Positions 10,340 through 20,985 of a stretch of DNA of 64,000 bases are shown in pieces. Origin of the DNA: Synechococcus sp. (GTDB taxonomy: Bacteria > Cyanobacteriota > Cyanobacteriia > PCC-6307 > Cyanobiaceae). The stretch covers positions 352,001 through 416,000 of the forward strand of contig JBJBCN010000003.1 in assembly GCA_047285805.1 (NCBI GenBank), in the 5' to 3' direction. Each line of letters starts with the position of its first letter. The stretch's first letter is position 1. Under the pieces are notes generated by a model. It was not told the origin of the DNA and ran no database searches. It worked only from the letters and a program-made list of their open reading frames with translations. The translations under genes and the position numbers were made by a program.

Positions 10340-12165
10340 GAAGCCGCCTGTTGCTGCTCAAGCATGGCTAGCTCTCGGAAGCTCTCAGACCGCTCCTTCA
10401 GTTCGGTGTAGCTGCCGTAGGCCTTCACGCTGCCGTTATAGAACTCGTAGATGCGATCGCACCGCTGAACCGTACTGAGCCTGTGGGCGATGACGACCGT
10501 GGTGCAACGGCGTCCGATCACCTCGAGGGCTTCGATCACCTCTGACTCCGTGCGGTTATCCAAGGCGCTTGTGGCCTCATCAAGAACCAAGAAGCTGGCC
10601 TGCCGGTAGAAGGCCCTCGCAAGGGCAAGACGTTGCCGCTGGCCGCCGGAGAGGCGCAAACCATTCTCCCCCACCTGGGTATGCAGCCCATAGGGAAGTT
10701 CAGCCACAAAGTCTTGGAGCTGTGCCGCCTCTAAGGCTTCCCAAACCCTGTCGGACTTGACCTGATCAATCGGCTCACCAAATGCGACGTTCTCGAGAAC
10801 ACTGCCGTTGAGCAAATTGATCGACTGGGGAACTTGGGCGCAGTTGGCCTGCCAGGCAGGAACATCTAGACCTTCGACTGGGATCCCATCGAGGTCCAAA
10901 GCTCCGCGATTGGGATGCAGCAATCCCAAGAGGATGTTTGCGGTTGTGGTTTTGCCGCTACCGGTGCTGCCGACCAGAGCAATGCGCGAGCCGACCGGAA
11001 TCGACAGGTTGACTCCCTTGAGCACCCAGTCATCGGAGTGGGGGTAGCGGTACCAGACGTCGTGCAGGCGAATGGTGTTCCGCGGAAACACACCTGCAGC
11101 AGAAGGCACACCGGGGGTGCGCTGGGTCGGCCGATCAGCTGACAAATCCAGCAATGCCAAAGCCCCATCCAGCAGAGGAAGCCCTCCTCTCAATTGGGTC
11201 AAGGAGCGAAACGCATCCTGCAGGGGTGGCGTTAGGCGAAGGGCCGCGACTGCGATGGTGGCCAGAAACGGAAGTATCGCCCTGACTTCGTTCTGATTGC
11301 CACTCAGGAGAGCGGGCAGGGCTCCGACCGCAAAAATCATGGTGATCCCGAAGGGCTCGATCAAGCCGCGGGGCAGATCTGGGAGCCACTCGGTCAACCA
11401 GGCGTAGCGGCGCGCCTTCTCTCCAGAAACTTGAAATTGACGCTCAAAGTAAGGCTCAGATCCGCTGAGTTGGATATCGCGAATCGACCCAAGTGACTCA
11501 AACAGGATATTCGTGGATTCCGCCTCAAGACGCATCTTTTGACGGAAGCCATGGCGCAGTCTGGGGGTCACGCTGCCGGAGATGACGCTGTAGGCTAAAA
11601 CCAAGCTGACGACTAGAACAACAGCAAGCCAACGACCGACGAACAAAATGCCGATCGACAAGAGCACGATCGACACAGATGCACTAAGGATTTGCAGAAT
11701 CGGCGTGACAACATTGATCGCAACACGATTGAGGTTGCTCAGTAACTGAGAACTCAGATCAGCCGTACTTTTGCCGAGGTGATATTCAAAGGGCTGCTGA
11801 AGCAGTCTGGAGTGGACCTCATTCGAGATATCTCTCCAAATTCCAGCCGAAAGACGTTGCTGAAAAAACTTCAGCGAAATCTTGGACAGTGAGGCACCCC
11901 AAGCCAAGAGAATGAAGACCAGGATCATCCAGACGCTCTGGTTGATGCTGTCTCCGCCAAAGACATGAATCCCTGGCAGCCGATCCTCAAGATCGGAGTC
12001 CACCAAAGAACCCGTCAGACGGGCGATCACCGCGACGGAGGCCAAATCGATCACGCCGGGGACCACCGAGAGGGGCACCAACATCCACAACGCCGAACGC
12101 CGCCGCCGCGGCAGGTGATTCAGCAGGTGGCGTAGCTGATCGAGGGTTCGGCTGCGCATGGCCAC
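10336..12165 (-). CDS. ABC exporter, fused TMD-NBD (HepA/PglK-like, possible glycolipid flippase)
   Basis: N-terminal TM helices, GSTGSGKTT Walker A, LSGGQRQR, LDEATSALD. Confidence 0.88.
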   Translation of the reverse strand: MAMRSRTLDQLRHLLNHLPRRRRSALWMLVPLSVVPGVIDLASVAVIARLTGSLVDSDLEDRLPGIHVFGGDSINQSVWMILVFILLAWGASLSKISLKFFQQRLSAGIWRDISNEVHSRLLQQPFEYHLGKSTADLSSQLLSNLNRVAINVVTPILQILSASVSIVLLSIGILFVGRWLAVVLVVSLVLAYSVISGSVTPRLRHGFRQKMRLEAESTNILFESLGSIRDIQLSGSEPYFERQFQVSGEKARRYAWLTEWLPDLPRGLIEPFGITMIFAVGALPALLSGNQNEVRAILPFLATIAVAALRLTPPLQDAFRSLTQLRGGLPLLDGALALLDLSADRPTQRTPGVPSAAGVFPRNTIRLHDVWYRYPHSDDWVLKGVNLSIPVGSRIALVGSTGSGKTTTANILLGLLHPNRGALDLDGIPVEGLDVPAWQANCAQVPQSINLLNGSVLENVAFGEPIDQVKSDRVWEALEAAQLQDFVAELPYGLHTQVGENGLRLSGGQRQRLALARAFYRQASFLVLDEATSALDNRTESEVIEALEVIGRRCTTVVIAHRLSTVQRCDRIYEFYNGSVKAYGSYTELKERSESFRELAMLEQQQAAS

Positions 12166-12188
12166 AAACTATGGCTCTGAGCCAGGTG

Positions 12189-13226
12189 CTACGGCTTCAA
12201 ACGGCCAGCCAGCGAACCGATTGGCCTGAGTTTTGTTTTCAGCTGAAGCCACCACCGTGCTTGAGCCTTCAGCGCAGGTTCCCCAGCAAGAATCCGGTCC
12301 CAGTGCTGATTGACCGCCTCGAGCGCCTGCCGCCAACGCGTCAGGAGCTCCGCCTCGCTGGCCGATGCCAAAAGAGCTGTCAGAGCTGCTTGATCGGGTC
12401 TCCATGCTGCGGGATCTCGAACCGCAGCGCTGATCGCCTCGAGATCTGCCGCCAACGTGCCCGATCCCAGCTGGTGCCCTATTCGTCCTGGATCCAAGGT
12501 GTCGGCCAATGCGTGGTTGAAGCTGCTGAACACCACGCAGCCGCAGGCAAGGGCCTCTAAGGGGGGTAGACCAAAACCCTCAGTGACTCCGCGACCGCGC
12601 CAGTAGTCCGCCGAGTCATAGAGCACCACCTTGGCGTTGTTGAAGAGATCCACCAGGTCATCGACCCATCCAGACTGAACCTCAACACGGAAGCCCCGGG
12701 CCTGCAACGCGGGAACCAACTGCTTCAGGACATAGGCGCTGTTCTTACGCAGCTGGACAAGGACATCGATGCTGCGCTCGCCCGCTCCATTGCGCTGTCC
12801 CCGCTGGAGCCATTCGGGGCTGAGGGCATTGGGGACCAGCCAAAGCGGATTGCGAGGTACCCGATCACCCCAGTACCCCAGGGTGTTGCGACTCACCGCC
12901 AGGACAGGCACGCCAGGAGACAGCGAAAAGCCATAGCCACTGCTGTGGGCGTGATAAGCACAGGCACGGCCTTTGAGTTGCCGCAGCAACCAAGGAACGT
13001 CAAAACCCCAGCTCACGATCCACAGGGCGGGACTGACTCCGCCTGGAAGGGGGTCATCGCGCAACAAATCTGGCAAAAAGGGACGACCGTCCTCTCGCTG
13101 GCGATACGTCACCACTTCAACCGGACACAGACCTGACAACATCCGGGCGGTTTGAAGCTCAACTAAGAGCCCTCCGCAACGAAAGCGACCCGTCGTCCCG
13201 GGAACTAAGAAGCGAAGGGGGCGCAA
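12189..13226 (-). CDS. GT-B glycosyltransferase
   Basis: CGGLLVE N-terminal motif, TEGFGLPPLEALACGC signature. Confidence 0.82.
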   Translation of the reverse strand: MRPLRFLVPGTTGRFRCGGLLVELQTARMLSGLCPVEVVTYRQREDGRPFLPDLLRDDPLPGGVSPALWIVSWGFDVPWLLRQLKGRACAYHAHSSGYGFSLSPGVPVLAVSRNTLGYWGDRVPRNPLWLVPNALSPEWLQRGQRNGAGERSIDVLVQLRKNSAYVLKQLVPALQARGFRVEVQSGWVDDLVDLFNNAKVVLYDSADYWRGRGVTEGFGLPPLEALACGCVVFSSFNHALADTLDPGRIGHQLGSGTLAADLEAISAAVRDPAAWRPDQAALTALLASASEAELLTRWRQALEAVNQHWDRILAGEPALKAQARWWLQLKTKLRPIGSLAGRLKP

Positions 13227-13236
13227 ATCGAAGCGA

Positions 13237-13950
13237 CTAGGCGGCCACAGTCTCCGTGCTGCCGGTGCGCTGACGACGTGTCAGGAAGCCGAAGAGCACC
13301 TTGCCGATAGCAGCAACGAGGTTGCCCTCCAGCTCCTTGAACATATTCATGTTCAGATGGAACGCCTCATTGGCCTCCTCAACGATCCGATCGGCCATGG
13401 GTTGATCGATCGGCAGGGTGTCCATGGCGGAGCGATAGGTGCCCTTGAAGGCCTTCTCGTCTGAGATGGCATCGAACTCATAGAAGTGGAGACCGTCATC
13501 CCCAACGAGGTTCATCGCCTTCTGGGCGATGTTCTTGAGGATCTGACCACCGGAGAGGTCGCCGAGGTAGCGGGTGTAGTGGTGACCGACAAGCAACTCG
13601 GGTGAGTCCTTAGCCACCTGATGAATGCGCTCGACGTAGACGGTGGCCGAAGGTGACGGCTGAATGTTCTGCTTCCACTCTGCACCGAAGTAATAAGCAA
13701 GGTCCTTCTCAAGGGCCTCACGGCGGTTCAGCTGTTCAAAAGCGATTGGGGCGAGGACCGGGTTGTCTTTCAAGCGGGCGAACTCGTCCTCCATGGCCCC
13801 GTAGACGAAGTAGAGGTCAGCCACCAGCTTGCGGTAGCTCGCCTTGTCCACGACGCCCTTGAGGAAGCAGCTCACGAACCCGGTGTTCTCCGCCATGGTG
13901 TGGGATTTCTTAGTCCCTTCACGCAACTGGGCAGCAAGAGCGACAGACAT
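13237..13950 (-). CDS. ho1: Heme oxygenase (biliverdin-producing)
   Basis: MSVALAAQLREGTKKSHTMAENTGF start (ATG 13950), HHYTRYLGDLSGGQIL. Confidence 0.97.
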   Translation of the reverse strand: MSVALAAQLREGTKKSHTMAENTGFVSCFLKGVVDKASYRKLVADLYFVYGAMEDEFARLKDNPVLAPIAFEQLNRREALEKDLAYYFGAEWKQNIQPSPSATVYVERIHQVAKDSPELLVGHHYTRYLGDLSGGQILKNIAQKAMNLVGDDGLHFYEFDAISDEKAFKGTYRSAMDTLPIDQPMADRIVEEANEAFHLNMNMFKELEGNLVAAIGKVLFGFLTRRQRTGSTETVAA

Positions 13951-14041
13951 GTCCTTGAAATCGTGGTCGTGCCGTGGAGCACGGTCAGGAGAATCAAAGT
14001 AAGGGGAAGGTTGACGTGGATGAGCACAAGGTTGCGAAGGG

Positions 14042-14485
14042 TTACGCCACGTCGGCTTCGCTTGCTCCTGGCTCAAAGAGGTAAAAGAGCTCAACGCAGA
14101 ACTGCTTGAGCTTGAGGGCAACGGACTCAACCGGCGGATGGGTCCCGGAGGGGAGCCACTCCCCCAGGGTGGTGAGCCTCCAACGTTCACTCTCGTAGGT
14201 CAAACCTCGAATGGTGACCCCCAGAAGTCTTGGTTTGGCCTCCGTCACCCGACCCGAAAGGCTCAGCTGGAGCAAGAACGAGCGGCACTGGCTGCGGGGG
14301 CTCCAGCCGGGTAGATGGAACGACAGATCAAGGGTCTGCTGGTCCTCAAAGGCGCGGGTTTGGGGGTCATCCCGCCAAGGCCGCAAATTAGGCCGTGCAT
14401 CAGGGAAGTGATGGCGAAACAACGCGGCAACAGCAGCGATCAGCTGAGCGAGCTCCAGCGATCGAGCCTGGTCGCCTGCATTCAT
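14042..14485 (-). CDS. Conserved cyanobacterial hypothetical protein
   Basis: 147 aa ORF filling the ho1-icd gap; PWRDDP and FHLPGWSPR..RSFLLQL look like a conserved family. Confidence 0.7.
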   Translation of the reverse strand: MNAGDQARSLELAQLIAAVAALFRHHFPDARPNLRPWRDDPQTRAFEDQQTLDLSFHLPGWSPRSQCRSFLLQLSLSGRVTEAKPRLLGVTIRGLTYESERWRLTTLGEWLPSGTHPPVESVALKLKQFCVELFYLFEPGASEADVA

Positions 14486-14553
14486 GCGTGCCTCCGGCTG
14501 CAGAACCCTGTTTGGCCAAAACCTAGGCTCATCTTCAGTGTTTTGCCGCAGCC

Positions 14554-15984
<1,431 letters not shown>

Positions 15985-15989
15985 ACATT

Positions 15990-16019
15990 AAAAAGCCCGG
16001 TCCTGACAGGCCGGGCTTT
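15990..16019. terminator. Intrinsic terminator between convergent icd and sxtK-like genes (better U-tract on the minus strand)
   Basis: AAAAAGCCCGG-TCCTGACAGG-CCGGGCTTT hairpin. Confidence 0.8.
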
Positions 16020-16043
16020 CGATAGTGGAGCAAGGGGAAAGCT

Positions 16044-16205
16044 CTAGAAGATTGAATAGATAAAGGGTGCAACAACAGATCCCTGGGTGAACACCAACAG
16101 AGCTCCCATCAGAACAATTGTGATGATCAGAGGAGCTAGCCAATACTTCTTCCGGACCTTTAGGAAGTCAAAGACGTCGTTGAGCAGATCAAGAAATGGT
16201 CCCAT
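16044..16205 (-). CDS. 53-aa single-pass membrane peptide, SxtK/DUF5989 family (absent from the ORF track)
   Basis: Translated by hand: MGPFLDLLNDVFDFLKVRKKYWLAPLIITIVLMGALLVFTQGSVVAPFIYSIF*. ATG lies 7 bp after the sxtJ-like stop. RKKYWLAP and APFIY motifs are typical of the family. Confidence 0.9.
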   Translation of the reverse strand: MGPFLDLLNDVFDFLKVRKKYWLAPLIITIVLMGALLVFTQGSVVAPFIYSIF

Positions 16206-16212
16206 TGTGTAA

Positions 16213-16611
16213 TCAGAAGATACGGGTTAGATCGACAGACTTGTGCTTGGCCAGCTCGCGGTAGGACTCAAGCCCAGTACGCTTACGTTTTAAAGGATCG
16301 TAACCGGTCAAACGCATCACGTAGGCGATTGGTTGAAGCACAAAGACGAAGACCGCTCCAAGAATCAAGTGACTGTTAATCCAGCCCAAGATGTGACCAA
16401 GCTTCATCCAGCCTTGGTAAGGCCATTGAAGTGCTCGGGGAGCAAGCACAGCTAAAGCCAGACTGGGCACTCCGATCAGAAAAGGCCAAAGAGGTTGGTA
16501 ATGGCCTTTAAGAGCCGGGATTAACCAACCAAAGACAACAGGAAAGACGATTCCAAGCAGAATTCCGAACTCACGGAGCTGTTTCTTGGATGGATGCGAT
16601 GACTGAGACAT
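16213..16611 (-). CDS. SxtJ-family membrane protein
   Basis: KQLREFG, WMKLGHILGWINSHLIL, GYDPL motifs; starts 2 bp after the carbamoyltransferase stop. Confidence 0.85.
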   Translation of the reverse strand: MSQSSHPSKKQLREFGILLGIVFPVVFGWLIPALKGHYQPLWPFLIGVPSLALAVLAPRALQWPYQGWMKLGHILGWINSHLILGAVFVFVLQPIAYVMRLTGYDPLKRKRTGLESYRELAKHKSVDLTRIF

Positions 16612-16613
16612 GA

Positions 16614-18449
16614 TTAATCGAGCTCAAACTCCTGTTTCCAACTTTCGTCAGCCTCCTCTTGCGGCTGCTCTTCCTTCAACAACAACTGATTTTGAAGCAC
16701 CAACACATCCATCTCCGTCCGCATAAAACAGCGGTAAGCATCCTGGGGATTACAAACGATGGGCTCACCACGAACGTTGAAGGATGTATTCACTAGGGTC
16801 GGACAACCCGTTCTACGCTGGAAGGACTTGATCAGATTGAAGTAGCGAGGATTGGTTCGATCCGAAACAGTCTGGACGCGTGCTGAGTAATCGACATGCG
16901 TAATGGCTGGCAGAGATGAACGCGGAACATTGAGTTTTTCAATTCCAAAAAGCTTTTCCTGTTCTGCTGTCATGGACTGGCAAAGCTCTTTCTTCACCGG
17001 CGCAACCAAAAGCATGTAAGGGCTTTTGGCATTGAGCTCAAACTGATTCGAGACTTCCTGTTCAAGAACTGATGGAGCAAAAGGGCGGAAGCTTTCGCGG
17101 TACTTAATTTTCAAGTTCATCACGCTCTGCATCTGCTGATTGCGCGGATCTCCGATGATTGAACGTGCACCTAGAGCACGCGGTCCAAATTCCATCCTGC
17201 CGTTGAACCAGCCAACCACTTTTCCTTGGTCCAAAAGCTCGGCCAACCGATCAAAGAGGAGCGGGTCCTCAAGGGCATGGAATGGAGCCTTGATACTGGT
17301 GAGGTAATCGCGGATTTCGGAATTCGAAAAGGCCGGACCCAGATAAGTCCCCTTCATTGCATCGCCAGCTACCGGTTGGCGGCTGGCTTTGAAGTGCTGG
17401 TGCCAAGCCACCAGTGCAGCACCAAGGGCTGAGCCGGCATCGCCACTGGCCGGCTGAATCCAGACCTGATCAAAGATGCCCTCTCGGAGCAACTTCCCAT
17501 TCGCCACGCAATTGAGTGCAACACCTCCTGACAAACAAAGAACTGTCGCGCCCGTTTCCTGCTGGAGGGCCTGGGCCAACTTTATAACAACCTCTTCAGT
17601 GACCACCTGAATGGAGGCAGCCAAGTCCATATGGAATTGACTGAGCTCAGTTTCTCCTCTGCGCGGGGGGCGACCAAACAATTTGTGGAACTTGCGGCCG
17701 GTCATACGAAAGCCGCGATGAAACTTGAAGTAACTCAGATCGAGACGGAATGTCCCATCTGGCTTTATATCAATCAGGCGGGATTTTATTTGATCGACAT
17801 AACGCGGCTTACCGTAGGGAGCCAAGCCCATTAACTTGTACTCACCTGAATTAACCTTGAAGCCGCAGTAGTAGGTAAACGCCGAGTAGAGCAGCCCCAA
17901 CGAGTGGGGGAAATTGATCTCCCATAGTGGACTGAGTTCGGAGCCATCACCCAGCCATGCCGAAGTAGTCGCCCATTCACCGACACCATCCATGCAGAGG
18001 ACTGCCGCCTTCTCAAACGGGCTGGGATAAAAAGCTGCTCCAGCATGGGAAAGGTGGTGCTCACTGAAGAGCAGCTCGGGCTGCTTGGCATCAGGCTCAC
18101 CGAGGGCCGCCACTTGTTTTTTCAGCTCAGTCTTGAGAAAGAGCTTTTGTTTCAACCAGATCTGCATCGCGGCCACAAACGAGCGCCCGCCGCGGGGAGC
18201 CGCACCCAAATAGGTCTCAAGCAAGCGCTCAAACGTCAGCAGTGGCTTTTCGTAGTAGACGACTGCCGCGATATCGCTCAGCTTCAGACCCTGAGACTCC
18301 AGGCAATAACGAGCTGCTGAAGCAGGAAAGGAGGAATCGTGCTTTTTTCGGGTGAAGCGCTCTTCTTGGGCGGCTGCAACAACTTCGCCATCAACTAGCA
18401 GGGCAGCGGCACTGTCGTGGTAGTAAGCGGAAATTCCCAGGATGCGCAT
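16614..18449 (-). CDS. O-carbamoyltransferase (NodU/CmcH/TobZ/SxtI family)
   Basis: MRILGISAYYHDSAA start (ATG 18449), EERFTRKKH, EHHLSHA, GEYKLMGLAPYG, GGVALNCVANG, EFGPRALGARS, NTSFNVRGEP. Confidence 0.95.
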   Translation of the reverse strand: MRILGISAYYHDSAAALLVDGEVVAAAQEERFTRKKHDSSFPASAARYCLESQGLKLSDIAAVVYYEKPLLTFERLLETYLGAAPRGGRSFVAAMQIWLKQKLFLKTELKKQVAALGEPDAKQPELLFSEHHLSHAGAAFYPSPFEKAAVLCMDGVGEWATTSAWLGDGSELSPLWEINFPHSLGLLYSAFTYYCGFKVNSGEYKLMGLAPYGKPRYVDQIKSRLIDIKPDGTFRLDLSYFKFHRGFRMTGRKFHKLFGRPPRRGETELSQFHMDLAASIQVVTEEVVIKLAQALQQETGATVLCLSGGVALNCVANGKLLREGIFDQVWIQPASGDAGSALGAALVAWHQHFKASRQPVAGDAMKGTYLGPAFSNSEIRDYLTSIKAPFHALEDPLLFDRLAELLDQGKVVGWFNGRMEFGPRALGARSIIGDPRNQQMQSVMNLKIKYRESFRPFAPSVLEQEVSNQFELNAKSPYMLLVAPVKKELCQSMTAEQEKLFGIEKLNVPRSSLPAITHVDYSARVQTVSDRTNPRYFNLIKSFQRRTGCPTLVNTSFNVRGEPIVCNPQDAYRCFMRTEMDVLVLQNQLLLKEEQPQEEADESWKQEFELD

Positions 18450-18527
18450 GGGTTGATCAAAACTCCGCCCGCCAAATCCTGTCATGAAGCAGCCACCTCT
18501 AGGTCGTTGGAGGGCAAAGTACGTGGC

Positions 18528-19826
18528 ATGGCCGAGCCCCTGATCCACAGCACCGATCCCTGCGTTCACTGCGGGTTTTGCCTGCCCACCTGTGCCAGCT
18601 ACCGGGTCCTCGGTAATGAAATGGACTCCCCACGCGGGCGGATCCACACCCTCAAAGCAATTGAACGCGGAGAGATCGCGTTCGATCCCACGGTGGCCTC
18701 ACATTTCGACACCTGCCTGGGCTGCCTCGCCTGCGTCAGCGCCTGTCCATCGGGAGTGCGCTACGACGAACTGATCCAAGCAACCCGGCCCAAGCTGAAC
18801 GCTCCGGAACTCAGAAGTCCATGGCAGCGGAGTTTCCGGAAGCTGTTGTTCTCCCTATTGCCGTACCCCAACCGGCTGCGGCCACTGCTCTTGCTGCTGC
18901 GGAGCTACAGCGGCTCTGGTCTTCAAAGGTGGGTCAGGCGCAACCGCCTGCTGCGCGTGCTGGGGCCAGAACTCGAAGCTATGGACAGATTGCTGCCAGA
19001 GCTGCCCAAGACCTCAGAAGCGGTGCCATTCCCCGCCGTCGTGGCTGCCCAAGGACCCAAACGAGGACGGGTGGCCTTGGTGCTTGGCTGCGTTCAACGG
19101 GTGTTTGACCCTGATGTGAACCAAGCCACCGTTGATGTTCTCAGCGCCAATGGCTTTGAAGTGGTCATCCCTCAGCAACAGGGCTGCTGTGGAGCGGCCA
19201 CCCATCACCAAGGAGAACTCGAGCAGACAAAAACCTTGGCGCGCGATCTGATTCAGGCGTTCAAGACAAGCGAACCCGTAGACGCCGTCCTGATAGCCGC
19301 CTCAGGCTGCGGCCACACCCTGAAGCAGTACGGCCAAATCCTCGCTGGAGAAGCCACGCCCTCCTTTGATGCACCCGTCAAAGACGTCCACGAATTCCTT
19401 AGCGAAGTGGGCCTGGCGCCCTCCTTTACAGAGCAACTCACGCCCCTGGCCCATGCCGATGGATCACCTGCCAGTGCCGAGCGACCGTTGGCGGTGGCCT
19501 TCCATGACGCCTGCCACATGATCCACGGGCAAGGGATCAAGGCCCAACCCAGACAGCTCCTGAAGGCCATCCCCCATCTCGCTCTCAAAGAAGCGTTTGA
19601 TGCAGGGGTCTGCTGCGGCAGCGCCGGCATCTACAACCTCGTGCAACCCGAGGCAGCCGCCGAATTGGGTCGAATGAAAGTCACTGATTTGGCGCAAACC
19701 GGGGCGAGCCTGGCCGCCAGCTCCAACATCGGCTGCACCCTTCAACTGCGTCAGCACGCCCCAGCAACGCTTCAAGTGCTGCACCCGATGCAGCTGCTCA
19801 GCCGCAGTTTTCGGGCAAGCCCTTGA
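18528..19826 (+). CDS. glcF: Glycolate dehydrogenase iron-sulfur subunit
   Basis: CVHCGFCLPTC and CLGCLACVSACPSGV ferredoxin motifs, two CCG domains; start ATG 18528. Confidence 0.9.
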   Translation: MAEPLIHSTDPCVHCGFCLPTCASYRVLGNEMDSPRGRIHTLKAIERGEIAFDPTVASHFDTCLGCLACVSACPSGVRYDELIQATRPKLNAPELRSPWQRSFRKLLFSLLPYPNRLRPLLLLLRSYSGSGLQRWVRRNRLLRVLGPELEAMDRLLPELPKTSEAVPFPAVVAAQGPKRGRVALVLGCVQRVFDPDVNQATVDVLSANGFEVVIPQQQGCCGAATHHQGELEQTKTLARDLIQAFKTSEPVDAVLIAASGCGHTLKQYGQILAGEATPSFDAPVKDVHEFLSEVGLAPSFTEQLTPLAHADGSPASAERPLAVAFHDACHMIHGQGIKAQPRQLLKAIPHLALKEAFDAGVCCGSAGIYNLVQPEAAAELGRMKVTDLAQTGASLAASSNIGCTLQLRQHAPATLQVLHPMQLLSRSFRASP

Positions 19827-20985
19827 GCTGTTTCAGCACCTGCCCCACCAACTGCTGAGGATGGGGCAATTGATCCATCCGCGGGCTGCCAACCGCCGAG
19901 GAGGTGCAGAGCTCCGCAATGGCCTGGGCGAAATCAGCCGCATCACCACTGCGATGGACCCGACCCCGCTCAGAGGGTTCCACGAGATCAACAGATGAAC
20001 CCACCTTGTCGCTGCAAATCACATTCAGCCCAAATTGCTGTGCCTCATTGACCACCAATCCCCAGGTCTCACCTTGAATCGAGGGCAGCACCAAGGTGTC
20101 CGCTAGGGCATAGAAACGTCCAAGTTGCTGCTGATTTTGAAAGCCCATCCCGCGCCAACGACCAGGGAGCACGTCCTCCAGCTCAGCCTCCAGAGCTGCT
20201 CGCAACTCGCCGTCGCCAACCACGACCACCACAATCAAATTCAATCGAGGGTCGGCTTTCAAGTGGGCCAGGGCCTGGGGCAAAAGCAAAGGATTTTTGA
20301 CCGGGCTGATCTTGCCGACATACAGCAACACATGGTCCCCGGGCTGAATCTGCAAGTCGCGCCGGAGTTGCTGACGCTGCGGCGTCCATTGGGCCACCTG
20401 TGACGCGAAGAAATCAACATCGACCGCATAGCGAGCCAGGCTCTGCTTCTCGAGGGGTATGCCTAAGCGCAGGTAGTGCTGCTGTGAGCGGGTGCCGATT
20501 GGGAAGACGTGGCTAAAGAGTCCATACCAATGCCTCAAGACCCGATCACGCAAGAAGCGCTTCAGCCCCGAGCGCTCGAGGGCATGGTCTGTCGTTTCAG
20601 CTCGCAGCCAAAGCGTCTGTTCTGCCTGGGCTAACAGCAGGGTGGTGAACTGAATGAACCGCGGGGAGTAGCTGAAGACCAACACCGAATCAGGCTGAAA
20701 CGCCTGAATCTGCGCGGCCGCCTGGCGGGCAATGGGCCAGGCACCGCTGGTGGAGCTCAAGGCCTGCAGGGGTGCCCTGCTGGCAAAGCTTGAGGGAAAG
20801 CCTTCGATCGGATTGCTATCCCAGGCAAACGTCACCCTGAAATCAGGGTCAGCGCTGGCCTGTAAACCGTGGTCACAGCCATAAACCACCAGAAACTCCA
20901 CCTCTGGGTCCGCAGCCAAGCCTTGAAAGATCGGCTTGAAGTACTGAATGGGATGGGTGACCAGCGCCGCGAGTCGACGCTTCAT
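19798..20985 (-). CDS. GT4 glycosyltransferase
   Basis: THPIQY, VGKISPVKN, LPSIQGETWGLVVNEA; ATG coupled (TAATG) to the upstream stop. Confidence 0.88.
   Translation of the reverse strand: MKRRLAALVTHPIQYFKPIFQGLAADPEVEFLVVYGCDHGLQASADPDFRVTFAWDSNPIEGFPSSFASRAPLQALSSTSGAWPIARQAAAQIQAFQPDSVLVFSYSPRFIQFTTLLLAQAEQTLWLRAETTDHALERSGLKRFLRDRVLRHWYGLFSHVFPIGTRSQQHYLRLGIPLEKQSLARYAVDVDFFASQVAQWTPQRQQLRRDLQIQPGDHVLLYVGKISPVKNPLLLPQALAHLKADPRLNLIVVVVVGDGELRAALEAELEDVLPGRWRGMGFQNQQQLGRFYALADTLVLPSIQGETWGLVVNEAQQFGLNVICSDKVGSSVDLVEPSERGRVHRSGDAADFAQAIAELCTSSAVGSPRMDQLPHPQQLVGQVLKQLKGLPENCG

Noticed and set aside
13951..14190. N-terminal extension of heme oxygenase in the ORF track (similar extensions on hisS, carbamoyltransferase, glcF, NeuD, PP2C)
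   Set aside because: The extensions overlap neighbouring genes, and family homology begins at the downstream start codons used here
16044..18449. Saxitoxin biosynthesis cluster
   Set aside because: Only sxtI/J/K-like (and possibly sxtL-like) genes are present; no sxtA, sxtG, sxtB or other core genes in the window
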